From: the human T2T-CHM13v2.0 reference genome, Homo sapiens
Direction: 5' to 3' (one strand)
Assembly (NCBI RefSeq): GCF_009914755.1
Contig: NC_060931.1
Length of the DNA stretch: 64,000 nucleotides
Every line of letters starts with the position of its first letter. Position 1 is the first letter of the stretch. Below, piece by piece: positions 13,323 through 25,378 of this stretch. The position numbers were made by a program, and so were the translations under genes. Under the pieces are notes generated by a model that worked only from the letters and a program-made list of their open reading frames with translations, did not search any database and was not told the origin of the DNA.

Positions 13323-14049
13323 CTCCAATGCCCTAATTATATTAAATAATTGCAATATATATATTGCAGATATAATGAAAATAGCAAATAATGTTTAAGG
13401 GCTAAGCTGAGAATTTTGTAAAACATTATGTAGAAATTTAAAGCAGTGATTAATACAAACATGTATATATTCAATTTGGAGAAAAAGAAACAGAACAAGC
13501 TTGCTGGAAAAATTATGCCATGATTTTTCTTCCTGTGCTTATGATAAAATTACTGACTTATTTTTTAAACCCTGCATACGTTTTAGCACCTCATTCTATA
13601 ATCATAATACAGCATTTAGTGGCAAGACAGTCTATTATTAAGGTGTAAGGTATCAAACAAACAGTAGACATAGAGCTGTGAAGGTAAAGCCTGATGCTTA
13701 TTTTTTTAAAGCAGACTCTGATATTAAGCAGATGTGCTTGTAGTGAACAAGGCAATGTTGAAAAATCAAACTCTATTGCAGGTAGCATCTAATACATAAT
13801 GGAAACCTCCTTTTCGGTTGGATCTGTTTTTTAAAATTTTAAGACTTGGGTATATATTAGTTTTTTTTCAATTAAATTCAACAAATATATCAAACAGAAT
13901 ATGCAATTAAAAATAGTTGGAAGTAAGAAATATTATGAGGCCACAGAGAAATAAGGAATTACTTCCATCAAGGGTCATTTGAGAAGGTCTTACAGAGGGC
14001 AGCATGAGAGCATCTTCTTAAAATACAGGATTTGAAAAAACCTCAGTAT

Positions 14050-14545
14050 GTTATTTTTTTTCTGATTAAAAGTAATACATGCAGGAATTTTGTAGAGGGG
14101 AGTTTAAAAAAGCAGCAGAAAACAATTACCCTGAATCTCAAGACCTAGAAATACTGATATTGTTTTGATATATTTCCATCCAGTCTTTCTCTGAGTTTTT
14201 TTTTTTTTACCCAGTTAAGATCATACTGTGTACATGCAATTTTCTGTCCTGCTATTTCACTTAACAAATGTCTTAAACATTTCTCCTTGTCATTAAAAAC
14301 TCTCTGTTCACATCATTTAAACCAATCATACATTATATTGGTGAGTAGTGATTTTCAATATAATTGTCTAACTTTGGGTTTTTATGTACTGATAAGGTTT
14401 TTAAGCAACTGTTTTACATTTAAATAAATTTATATCTCTATTTCTGAGTCTTAGAAGTAAATTTTGGGAATTAAGGGTATAAAACGACATGAATGGTCTT
14501 GACATACATACTACCGAACTACTTTATAAATAGATTATCCCAATT
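14050..14545 (-). mobile_element. L1ME4-type fragment
   Basis: ttttctgattaaaagtaatacatgc...gatcatactgtgtac..ttttctgtcctgctatttcacttaaca. Confidence 0.7.
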
Positions 14546-15396
14546 TAGACTTGAAGAGTCAACAGATAGAGACAGGAAACAAAAGAGCACTATAGGGCAT
14601 AGGTGGGGAAGTGTAGTATGTATTTGGCAACAAGGAACAGTTGGAATATTTTGGAGCATAATGCATGAGTGATGGATAGGTACAAACAGCCTGAAAAGGC
14701 ACTTTAGAACCAGGTTATGGAAGCTCTTAAATGCCAAACTAATGCAATGAGCTTTCTTTTTGCAGGGAGTTGTGAGCCATGGAAGGCTTCTGAGTAGGAG
14801 AATGCCATGACTTTAGAACTTTCTTCCAGTTAATTATAGGTTATTAAATGTCTCTGAACTTTTGGATCATGACCAAATAATATTTAAGGTCATCAGCTAT
14901 CAAAATTTGAATGTCTGGAAATAAACTATGCCATTGGCTCCTGATGTTTAAAGACATCATTGACATTTACCTTATTGAACATAAATTGATTTTTACACAC
15001 TTCTGTCAGTGACTACATAAAGCTCCTGGAAGGTAAAAAGTGCTAGGTCAATTCTATGTCATGGAAACCTTTAAAGGTGTACTCTGGTGGTATACAGAAC
15101 TGTGAGTGTCATAAAGATTTATTGAGGATTTAAGATGTTCTTAGGACCTTCTAGCTTAATGATGTGCCCTGTAAGTGTTCAGGCTCTGAGCAGGACCAGA
15201 AGAGCAAAAATGGTATAAAAAGGCTATTCAGGTACATATTGTCTATTTAAAATCTGTACACGGTTTGCACCTTTTCCCTAAGTGTTCTGTTTGTCTATGA
15301 CATGAAATATTCATCTGAAAAGCTAAATAAAATACTCAAATTTATTTTATATTTTCTAGGCAAAACTGTTTTTTTAAATTTTCAAAATTAAAAACA

Positions 15397-15495
15397 TTTT
15401 TTTAAGAGATGGGGTCTTTCTATGTTGCCCAGGCTTGTCTCCAGCTCCTGGGCTCCAGCGATCCTCCTGCCTCAGCCTCCCAAGTAGCTGGGACT
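15397..15495 (-). mobile_element. FLAM (free left Alu monomer), 5'-truncated
   Basis: agagatggggtctttctatgttgcccaggcttgtctc..ctcctgggctccagcgatcctcctgcctcagcctcccaagtagctgggact. Confidence 0.85.
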
Positions 15496-17314
15496 CTGAC
15501 TCGAACTGACTTTATTTTATTTTCTCTCATCACATAGATGTTTTTATGGAGCCATTACAGATTCAGTTTAAGATTGCTCAGTCTAGTCAATAGGTTGTCT
15601 CTTTCTGAAGGAAAAAGATGGAATCTGTTAACTTCTTTCACATGAGTGCATACCCACAAAAAGGAAGATGGAACCCCAGATGGAGAAGGAAGGCCAAACA
15701 ACACCACAGGTTGTTTTCCTGGTGTCTGCATCACATGTACTTAGTGGGTGGGACAATGAAAGCTTCCAAATTTAGAATCTATTTAAACATTGAAGGTTCT
15801 GTGTTTCAAATTCAACTTGATCTTGTTCAGCCTTGGATTCCGTCTCCTGCTGTCACAACATCCCTTCTCAATTCGAAAGGGAAGAAAAGAGATTCATAGG
15901 ACCTCAAATAGAGTTTCTCTGGCATGGCTGTGCATCAAGTGTAAATGAATCAGAAAACTGAGCATTAACTTTTACTTGAAATAGATAAGACTTTAAAAAA
16001 TAGGGATAAAAATGCACTGATGGTTTGAAATAGCAATTCAAGTAGTTTTATGGCACTTACCACCAGACATGCTTGGTTAAGAGAGTGAGGTACTCCTTCG
16101 ACATTATAGCATTCGTCGGAGACGTTCTGTTAAATCTAAAATGTAAATAGCTTCTCCCTTTTATATTATGTTTGACTCTGACATTAATGCTGTATCCTTT
16201 AAGTGACTAAAAGAGTATTTCTGACTAAGCCTTCTAATTTTGTCATAAAACTTTGCTCAGAATGAATTTTTGCTTAAAAGGCCAACTCTAATCCATTTTT
16301 CTTTTGGCCAATTTAAAGCAAATAAATCAGGTCAGTTCTCTTTATGACACAAAAGGGAAAAATGATAAGTTTTCTTACTTCATACTCTTTTATTTTTGAA
16401 TTTCTACAACTAAAATGTCTCTTTTTCTCCTTTAAGTACAAGCTGACAGGTCATTAATCCTTAATGTGAATTTATACCTCTGGGTATTTTGGGAAGAAAA
16501 CTCATTAAAATTCTTTTGTTTTATATGTGACTGTCCTAATAGAAATTTGGAGTTCATGTTTAGAATTTGTTTCAATGAATAGAAAGCATAGAAATTCTTT
16601 TAAAAGAGTTGAAGTATATGAAATTACTTCTACCTACAGTCAATGCTGTTGCTCTGATCTTAAAAGTCTGCTGCTAACTTTTCTGCAGAAAGAACATAAG
16701 TTCTGTAAGCTCCATATTTTCAATGTGAATAGATTTATTCCATTTGAATTATCTGGATAGGCCTATGCACTTAATATAATTTTCTATAATGTTTCCTGTT
16801 TTTCTGTGAAGCACTGTTTTATTTTTCTTTAATTCTACCAAAAGGTGAGGCATTGGGCAATGATCTTTTTTTTTTTTAAATAAGCTCTTACTTGGTCAAA
16901 GTTAGCTAGCTATGGCTTATGTATAGGCCCATTTTATGGATACTGGTGGATATATTCTGCAGCCTGTTGCTGGATCATAGTTTCCCATTATTTCCTCTCT
17001 CTCCAGTTTCTTCCTTCTTTATAGAGTGCTTGAAAGCCTTCTAAATGAAAAAGAACTGCTATCAACAAACTTATATTTCAAGATTATTAGAGAGATTTTA
17101 TCATCTGTAAAAACTTCCCATCTCAATAGGGGATGGGTATACCTGCTTCTCTGATTGTCCAGAATAGCTTCTATCTCTTTTTATTCTAGCCACTGATAAC
17201 AACACAAGAACTGATGAAGAGAGATATGCCTTTTATTTGCTTTCTTTTTCTTAAGCAAGTATATCAAACTCTTCCATGGTCTTAACTGTATTCTAGGCAT
17301 ATGTTTGAAAACTC

Positions 17315-17905
17315 CATTCATTTCATGTTTCCATACTTAGCAAACATCAACTATGCCTTGAACACTGTGTTGGGCACTGGGAGCACAATAATGACCAAAG
17401 TAGTCATCATCCATGCCCTTTGGGGTAGGAGTGAGGAGAATGTGGCAATCAATGCTATCTGACTTGTTCCACAGGGAATAAAAGTGACAGCTGCGATAAG
17501 TGGTATTAAGGACAGACATGGTGCTATCATGTGTATAATAGGAAGAACTAATTTCTACTGAAGCGCAAGGAAACCTTTCTTGAAGTACGTTTGAATGAAA
17601 GGATGTACTGAGGGACATTCTAGACAATGTAGCTTATGGAAGAAAGTGGTGAATGACTGTAATGTAGGACTGAAGGAAGGCTGCAGCCTTCTTTCACACG
17701 TAGGCTTAGGAGGGGTCTTGTGAGGTGAGGTGGGAAAGTTATATTGGGACCAGATCGTACATGACTTTGTGGAACAGACAGTAGAAAAAAAGGATCTAGG
17801 AGATAGTGATTTATTAGATAAGAGAGGTGAGGGAGAGAGATGTGATAGGATAAGTACCATGTTTTTGACTTGTTCCTTGTACTGATGATGGTTGTTCTTC
17901 ATTGA
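17315..17905 (-). mobile_element. L2 LINE 3' region
   Basis: cattcattt..actatgccttgaacactgtgttgggcactgg...catgtttttgacttg..actgatgatggttgttcttcattgaaat. Confidence 0.7.
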
Positions 17906-18749
17906 AATGTTGCTTTTCTCTTGAGTTCATTAGATTATAAACTCCTATAGGGTCAGAGTTATGTTTCCAGATGAACTAGTAATCTTGAATATTAAAGTAA
18001 TCAATTCTGGTCTGCAAAATTCTCTTTTTACTCTGAATGGCCTTTACTCTTTTATGGTGAAAATTTACAAATATTTACTCAAGCATCTGAGTTCCTTTAG
18101 AAACAAGGCCAAAGAAAATGCAAATAATGTTATTATTATAACTTTGAAATAATGTTATTATTAGAACATTTGAAATGATAATAATATTAATACTGTATTA
18201 GTCAGGAATTCTAAAAGCTCAAATCCTCCCTGTATTGTTTAATGTATTTGCATAACATTCACGGGAGTATCTAAATTGTGAATTTCCATTACAAGGATAA
18301 TGCAAAAAAGATTGACTTTGGCAGTTTCTAATCCTCTTATCGTTTCTTTTAATATAAGTGATAAAGTTTATTTATCTATACATTTTATTCAGAGCTATGC
18401 TAGTGGATCAAGTAAGACTGCATTCAGAAACCTGGGAATTGTTGCAGGGGTATGTGTCTTCTCCCACTATCACTAACCTTCTCCTCAAAACCAGGAGAGT
18501 AACAATCTTCTTTGCTGTGGTGATTGGGGAATATGTATGTGTAGTTTCATTACTTGCTTCAGTATTCCTTGTTTTTGTTTGTTTGTTTGTTTACTGTTTA
18601 CATCAAAAACTACCATTTGTTCCTTGGGCCACCCTTTCATCTATTGATCTATGATTCCAGCCATAGTTCCCTTCAAACATTTATTATCAATTACACACTG
18701 TGCATGAGGCACTGTACTAGTGACTCTGGACAGAGAAAATGACATCATC

Positions 18750-19248
18750 TGTGGAAGCCAGCTTGAAGGCTTCCAGTGCTCCTTACCGCCTGATACTGTG
18801 CCCTTGTGTAGTCTCCTTCCACAGTGAGTCAAGGCTTGCCTGTGTAACTGAACAAGTATTACGGAGGTGATGATGTGTGATTTTCAAGGCTTGGTTTCAA
18901 AGGGCATTGGGTCTTCCATCTTGTTTCCTTGAATCACTTGCTCCTTGAATCACTTGAGAGAGGCTTATTTGAAGAGGGACTGAGGCTACTTATCGTACCA
19001 AATTGTGAGCCACATGAGTGAGCAGACACCTTAGAAGTGGATCATCCAGCCCTATGCAAGCCTTCAGATGACTGCAGTCCCAGCGGACCTCAGACAGAAA
19101 CCTCACGAAATACTCTGAGCCAGAAATATCTAACCACACTACTTTTACATTTTTTCCCCATCAAAACGTTGAAAGATAATCAATGTTTCTTATTGTTTTA
19201 AGCCACTAACTTTTGGGGCGATTTGTTACACTGCAGTAGACTCCAACA
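18750..19248 (+). mobile_element. MLT1F-like solo LTR (MaLR)
   Basis: cccttgtgtagtctccttccac...aagtggatcatccagccc..aagccttcagatgactgcag...tgttttaagccactaacttttggggcgatttgttac. Confidence 0.85.
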
Positions 19249-19299
19249 CTGGTTCCTACCTGAAGGTATTATTCTCCCTTCTATAACGGAGGAGGGTAG

Positions 19300-19485
19300 C
19301 ATGGAGCTACTTGATTTACAAAGGGCTTTCATCCTGATAAACCCATTGTAAGTTGAAAATACTGTAAGATGAAAAGGTCAAATTCAAAATTTGAAGTACA
19401 GTTTCCATTGAATGTGTCTCCCTTTTGCATGATTGTAACTTTGAAAAATCCTAAATCAAATCATCGTTAAGTCAGGGACTGTCTA
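19300..19485 (+). mobile_element. Tigger5/MER47-like DNA transposon deletion derivative
   Basis: catcctgataaacccattgtaagttgaaaatactgtaag ... catcgttaagtcagggactgtct; both ends present, centre deleted. Confidence 0.75.
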
Positions 19486-19699
19486 TATTCACATCTCAGC
19501 CATGTCCCAAACAATAATAAAGTTCAACTATAGCCTCAGCAAATAGACAGTTACAATTCGAGCTTTTCAGAATTCATGCCATAGATAATAGTAGTGACTT
19601 AGAATTTTCTAGCAATTTGCAATTTACTTTTGCAGTTCACCAAGTACTTTCATACAATAACTATAGTCCTCTGAAAGCAGAGCAGATTTTATAGATAAG

Positions 19700-20160
19700 G
19701 AGTTAACAAATCTGTATTGAGTAACTACTGCAGGCTGGTCATGAACTAGGTACTGAGGTCATAGCAGAAATAAAGACGGACAAAGTCTCTGTTTTCACTG
19801 AAGAGGGGAGGAACACTTAAATGGTTACCAGAGCATGCTTGCTGCCAAGGATCAGGCATAAGTTGCTATGGAAACATAAAACAGGGGGAAGCCAAAGTAA
19901 TATAAGGACCAAGAAAGGCTTCTCTGAAAGCATTTTAGTTCAGTTGAGCCTTACAAGATTGCAGGAGTTATCAAATGGAAGAAGTGTGGTAGGTAAAGAT
20001 GAGGCAGAATATTCTAGGCATATTAAAGCCTGAGTCAGGATACAACATGTGTTGTTTGAAAACCTGAAAGAACTCAGGTATGGATGGAGCAGGACAAGGA
20101 AGAGGACACTTGGTGCTAGATGATGCTAGAGAAGCAGGCAGAGGCCAGGTACTCATCACC
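19700..20160 (-). mobile_element. L2 LINE 3' region
   Basis: aacaaatctgtattgagtaactact...ctaggtactgagg...aagacggacaaagtctctg...gaaaacctgaaagaactcagg. Confidence 0.75.
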
Positions 20161-20462
20161 TTAGACCACTCAGTACCACATGTTTGTGAAAGTTAAAGGG
20201 AGAAACGTGAAGTGCAAGGCTGCGTGTGGCTGATCTAGAACTTGAACTCAGATTTTCTTTCCAATCCTTTCATCTTTTAGTACTCACTATTTCTTTATTA
20301 GAGTATCCTTGACAGATAGAGAGCGAGCAACCAAATACCTGCTTTAAAAGAGAGGAATAAAACAGATTCAGTGATGGCAAAGACAAGACTTACCTAAAAT
20401 TATAACTCATTTGTGGTAGAGTAAGGAACTTCGCTATTAATCTAAGATTCATGGAATTCAAG

Positions 20463-20779
20463 TTTTTTTTGTTTTTTTTTTTTGTTTTGTTTTTCTGAGA
20501 CAGAGTTTTCACACTGGTTGCCCAGGCTAGAGTGCAATGGTGTGATCTTGGCTCACTGAAACCTTTGCCTCCCAGGTTCAAGCAATTCTCCTGCTTCAGT
20601 CTCCTGAGCAGCTGGAATTACAGGCATGCACCACCATGCCCAGCTAATTTTGTGTTTTTAGCAGAGACGGGGTTTCTCCATGTTGGTCAGACTGGTCTCA
20701 AACTCCTGACCTCAGATGATCCGCCCACCTCAGACTCCCAAAGTGCTGGGATTATAGGCGTGAGCCACCACGCCTGGCC
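20463..20779 (-). mobile_element. AluSp/Sq-type SINE with 14-bp TSD
   Basis: Full dimer; gagtgcaatgg and gtttctccatgttggtcag diagnostics; TSD ggaattcaagtttt at 20453-20466 and 20780-20793. Confidence 0.97.
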
Positions 20780-22353
20780 GGAATTCAAGTTTTATGACAC
20801 AAAATTCAGAATGTAATTTGTTTTATCCACTTGGTTTCATTTAAATCACATGATTGTTCCACTTGATTGCCAGAAGCATCTTTGGCAGTGTTGCAGAGCA
20901 TAGATCACAGGGGCTATCAGAGACCTTGAAGGATGGTCCAGCTATAGCCATCCCTATTAAATCCATTGGGGGGCATCTAGGGATCATCTAGAAGCGGGTC
21001 AGGCATTTGTCTGCATTGAATGCCTCTGGCTTCAGACCTACAGAGAAAAAGCAAAGTCTTTACATAAAAAACGGTTGATGTATTTGTTATCAGAAACAGT
21101 GAGTGGAGAGAGATGGGAAGAGTCTGTGCCATTCCACAACTACTTTTGGCCAAGAACTAAAAAGCATAAAATGGGCAGTGGCTGTTAGTTAAGGAGAACA
21201 AAGTAGGCTGAGGCCCTGAGGCCTGCTTCACTGGGGAACGGGCATGTAAGGATATGGACGGGACTTATGACCTTCCATGTAAGAGAACAGAAGGAAGGTA
21301 GCTTATGCAGCATTTATATGCCGAATCAAGAATGGGTATGGGCAAAGGATAATGCTGATTGAATATGGAGTTTAGAGGAGATAGTCACAGGCTGCTATTG
21401 TTAAAAGTTTATACTTCCACTGCCTATGACACCTTGAAAGATTGAAAATAAAGGCAAGAAGAGAGACAGGATGTTACTAACATCCACTTACTCTTGGCAG
21501 AAAAAGATTAGGAAACCAAGAATTCTTGAATTACTAACCAGAGACTGCTTCCTCAGGCAAGAAGAAGCTATTACTCTGCTTGGAGATTAGGGGGCTGAGA
21601 ATGGGAGAGAGGCTGATCCTTGGAAAATTGCAAAGCTGCTGAAGAGGCAGCAGCTGAACATATTTTCCTTTTATTTTTGAATGTTTCAATGTCTGAAGAA
21701 AAAGATATCAGTCATAGTACTGACTGGCAGTGATCCAGAAAAACCTCTGGAGAGCTTAGAATTCTGATTGGCACTTGAGTGAAGTTCCCTGACACCCAAG
21801 CTGAATCTGCGGCATTCATGCAGGCTGAGTTGTGTTGGTCACTTTTTTTTTTCTTCTTATGCAGAGGGAAAAAAAGTAGTTTCTGGGGCCTGTTAGGCTT
21901 AAATTCCTTCCAGAGCAATTAGGGCACCTGCTTTCTTCAAATCTCTGTCCTTCTATCAGTGAAATATTTTAACATCTGGAACTTGGCAGATGGAATTGTT
22001 CTTATATTCTTAACATTTTCCTTTTTATTTGGATTTTTAAAAACATAACCATCAATTCTTCTAGTCCTCTAGTGTTTCTGAATGAGTGCTCATCCCTGAG
22101 AAATGCTAAATCCCTGAGCAAGAAAGGGAGTTACAATCAAGGACCAAATGGGAGTACATTACATTCACCTTCCACCTCTACCATTCTAGAAATCTTTGGT
22201 CTACAATCCTAGAATTTTCAGGTTTATTGAAATTTTCCCCAGAGGGGTTAGGATGGAAGAGAAAGCCATTCTCTTTCTCATTCCTGTTCTTCCTTTTTTT
22301 AAAAATATATACTTATTAAAGACATCTATGTATCAGGCATTGGGGAAATAATA

Positions 22354-22737
22354 TGTATTAGTCCATTCTTGCATTGCTATGAAGAACTACCTGAGACTGG
22401 GTAATTTATAAAGAAAAGATGTTGAATTGGCTCATAGTTCCACAGGCTGTACAGGAAGCCATGGCTAGGGTGGCTTCGGAAACTTACAATCATGACGGAA
22501 AGCAAAGGGGAAGCAGGCACATCTTACATGGCTGGAGCAGGAGGAAGAGAGAGAATGGGGGAAGTGCCACACAGTTTTTAACAACCAGATCATGTGAGAG
22601 CTCACTCACTGTCATGGAACAGCAAGGGGAAAATCTGCCCCCAGGATCCAATCACCTCTCACCAGGCCCCTCCTCCAACATCAGGGATTACAGTTCGACG
22701 TGAGATTTGAGTGGGGATACAAATCCAAACCATATCC
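22354..22737 (-). mobile_element. MSTA solo LTR (MaLR) inserted in an L2 fragment
   Basis: tgtattagtccattcttgcattgctat...aaatccaaaccatatc; TSD taata/taatg. Confidence 0.92.
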
Positions 22738-22957
22738 TAATGATTAGCACAACATGCTGGAGTCTTCACAGAGCTTAGAGTGTAGAAAGAAACACACATA
22801 TGAAACAGAGCTTTTATAGTCCAGTGTGATAGGAGCCAAAATAGGAAATTGTAGGTAACTAGGGGACAAAGTAGCGATATTCAGCTTATTTGGGAGGGAG
22901 AGTACAGGAGGTCAAAAAGGACTCCCCAGAGAAATTGCCATTTAAACAAAGTAATAG

Positions 22958-24215
22958 TGTCATGGGCTCCTTGGGGTGTTGCTTTGCTAGCCAGAAACCT
23001 CTGTGGCCAGTTGCATCTTCTGCCCCTGCTGCCTCTGCTTGTGCTACCAGCCCAGATCCTATACCTGCCAAGGGCGAGACAGGTGCAGAGTGGTGAGGGG
23101 TGTGTGGGTGAGCAAGTGCTGGGTCTGGCGTCTGCACATAGCCAGGCATACTGGCTGCTGTGGCAGGGTGGGCAGCTCCGGGCACCAGCACAGGTGCTGG
23201 CTCTGTGACAGGCTGTTGCTGGATCAGATGTACTGCACGCAGCTTCCACTGTGGGCACTGGCATCTGGATGAGGGGAACCCAGTGGCACTGGGAAGCTTG
23301 TAGATGCCGGGAATCACAGAGCCCCAAAGACAGTGTCATAGCCCTGGCTCTGAGAGCCTCCAGGTCTGGTTGCCTTCTCATTGACCACAGTATGGTGAGT
23401 GGGGTCTGTGTTTCAGCCCTGTTTGCGTTATAGCTCTTTCAGTCCTGCCATTTGGCAGGTCCTGAGTTCTTGTCCTGTGACCAGGAAGAATGAGGTATGT
23501 GCACACCCAACTGGAGGGCGAGCAAGGTGGAGAGGAGCTTCACTGAGTGATAGAATAGCTCGCAGGAGACTTGGAGCATGTAGCTCCTTTCTTCAAGCAG
23601 GTTGTCCCGACGAGTGTCCAGCTCTCAGCAGAGAGGAGACCTGCAGTGGGTAGCTCTGCAGTGGGTAGCTCCTTTCTGCAGGAAGGTTATCCTGGTGACC
23701 CGAAGTGGGTTGCTTCTTCCTGTAGCTGGTAGTTCAGACAACTGTGTGAGTCTGGCTGTGTCTAGGGGGTTTTTATGGGCTCAGAAGGGAGGAAGTGCAT
23801 GCTGATTGGTCCATGGGCCCCACAGGTGGGCCAGAAAAAGCACTATGAGTAAATTCTCACTCTGGGTGCTAACTCCACCTGGAACTGACAGTCCAGCCCC
23901 CATGCTTCAGGCTGTCCCTGGCTTGAAGGTGGAGCTTCACTAGGGACCCACCCCTTTCCACCCAGGAGCCTGTCAGCCTCCTGCTGCCATCAATTATGTT
24001 GTCAATGGCACCCAGGCTGTTCACGCTGAGGGGCAGCTGCAGGCCCACGCCAAGCCACCCTCAGCACCCCCTTGGCCTTCCTCCCATGCCTGTTGGCACC
24101 CAAAGTCTGAAGGGGGCCAAGGGGGCAGGTGGCTGGCATGTCAGCACCACCCTGAGTGTGCATACACTTGGCCGGGTTGTGACAGTGCCCAGGCTTGGTG
24201 ACAGATCCCAGCTGT
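22958..24215 (-). mobile_element. MER52-family LTR (ERV1), apparently truncated on the right
   Basis: tgtcatgggctccttggggtgttgctttgctagccagaaacctctgtggcc terminus; GC-rich body with CpG decayed to TG/CA. Confidence 0.88.
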
Positions 24216-24389
24216 GCTTAGGGATCTGCTCAAGTATAGGCTGGATGCTTTCTTGCCCACAAGGATATAATGAGGACTCCCATCCTGACTTCTAAATTGT
24301 CTGCCAATCTGTATATCTATTATGACTTCCCAAAATAGGTACAGAGATCTGGCATTTCCCAACCATCTACTATAGGTAGACACGCATTG

Positions 24390-24636
24390 TAAAGTGCCTT
24401 CTGGGGTCTGGAATCAGAGTGTCTGAGTTTGAATCCTGGCACAGCCATTTATTAGCTATGTGACCTTAGGCAAGTTACATGGCCTCTCTATGCCTCAGTT
24501 TCCTTATCTATAGGTAAAATGTGGATAATAATAGTACCTGTATCATAAGATTATGTGAATTTTAAGTGAAGTAAGGTCAGTGCCTAACAGATTGTAAGCA
24601 TTCAATGCATGTTTGCTATCATTATTATTATTATTA
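24390..24636 (+). mobile_element. MIR SINE
   Basis: tctggaatcaga..ctgagtttgaatcctggc...tgtgaccttaggcaagttac..tgcctcagtttccttatct. Confidence 0.9.
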
Positions 24637-24639
24637 CCC

Positions 24640-24735
24640 CATTATTACCCCCATCTTACAGTGGGAGAGACTGAGTTGCAGGGGGTTTAAGAAATGTGTT
24701 ACACAGCACTTAGTGATAGAATCGAGGATGCCACT
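24640..24735 (-). mobile_element. MIR fragment, tail-to-tail with the preceding MIR
   Basis: attattacccccatcttacagtgggagagactgag. Confidence 0.6.
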
Positions 24736-25124
24736 ACCCTGGTGAAGGATGACATACTCTGCTTTTCTGGTAGAGAGAGCAGATATTGAACAGGGGCCGA
24801 GAGCAACAAGTGCAGCAACAGTGGTTCACAGACATTTGCCAGGTGGTCAGGACTTGAGAACTGACAAAGGTGAGAGGGCAGGTAGTCCCCTCCCATTCCC
24901 TCTTTATCTTTTGGAACTCCTCTGAGAGGTGGAGGAGAGGTAGGGTAGCAAGTTATTCTTTCATGCTACAGCCCGGTCATGGAGCTCTTTGTTGGATATG
25001 GAAGATGTAAAGTGGTGGTCAAGCTTCCAGTAGCTAATGGCATACAGTGAGAACACAGTTATCTGCATGGTCTCTCACAGAAAATTTAACATGGCTGAGC
25101 CTGTCAGTTCTCCCAAACTATTAA

Positions 25125-25378
25125 TAAGTGTAAGCTAATTTTTCTTCAGATATTACTATGCATTGGATGCTGTTCTGTGTACTTTACAGATATTAACTCA
25201 ATTAATATTCACAACACATTGGTGAGGTAAGTACTATTATTATCCTAATTTTATATACGATCAAACTGAGGCATGGAGAGGTGAAACAACTTGCTGAATC
25301 TTATAGAGCTGTAAAGTGGAATCAGGACTTGGCCCTAGATAGTCAGACTGTAGAGCCTGTAATCTTAACCTCCATACT
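25125..25378 (-). mobile_element. MIR SINE
   Basis: gtgaggtaagtactattattatcctaattttata..aaactgaggcatggagaggtgaaacaacttgc. Confidence 0.88.

Noticed and set aside
22881-24383. Cluster of overlapping ORFs up to 166 aa on both strands
   Set aside because: They lie in or mostly in the GC-rich MER52 LTR, where stop codons are rare; no protein similarity recognised
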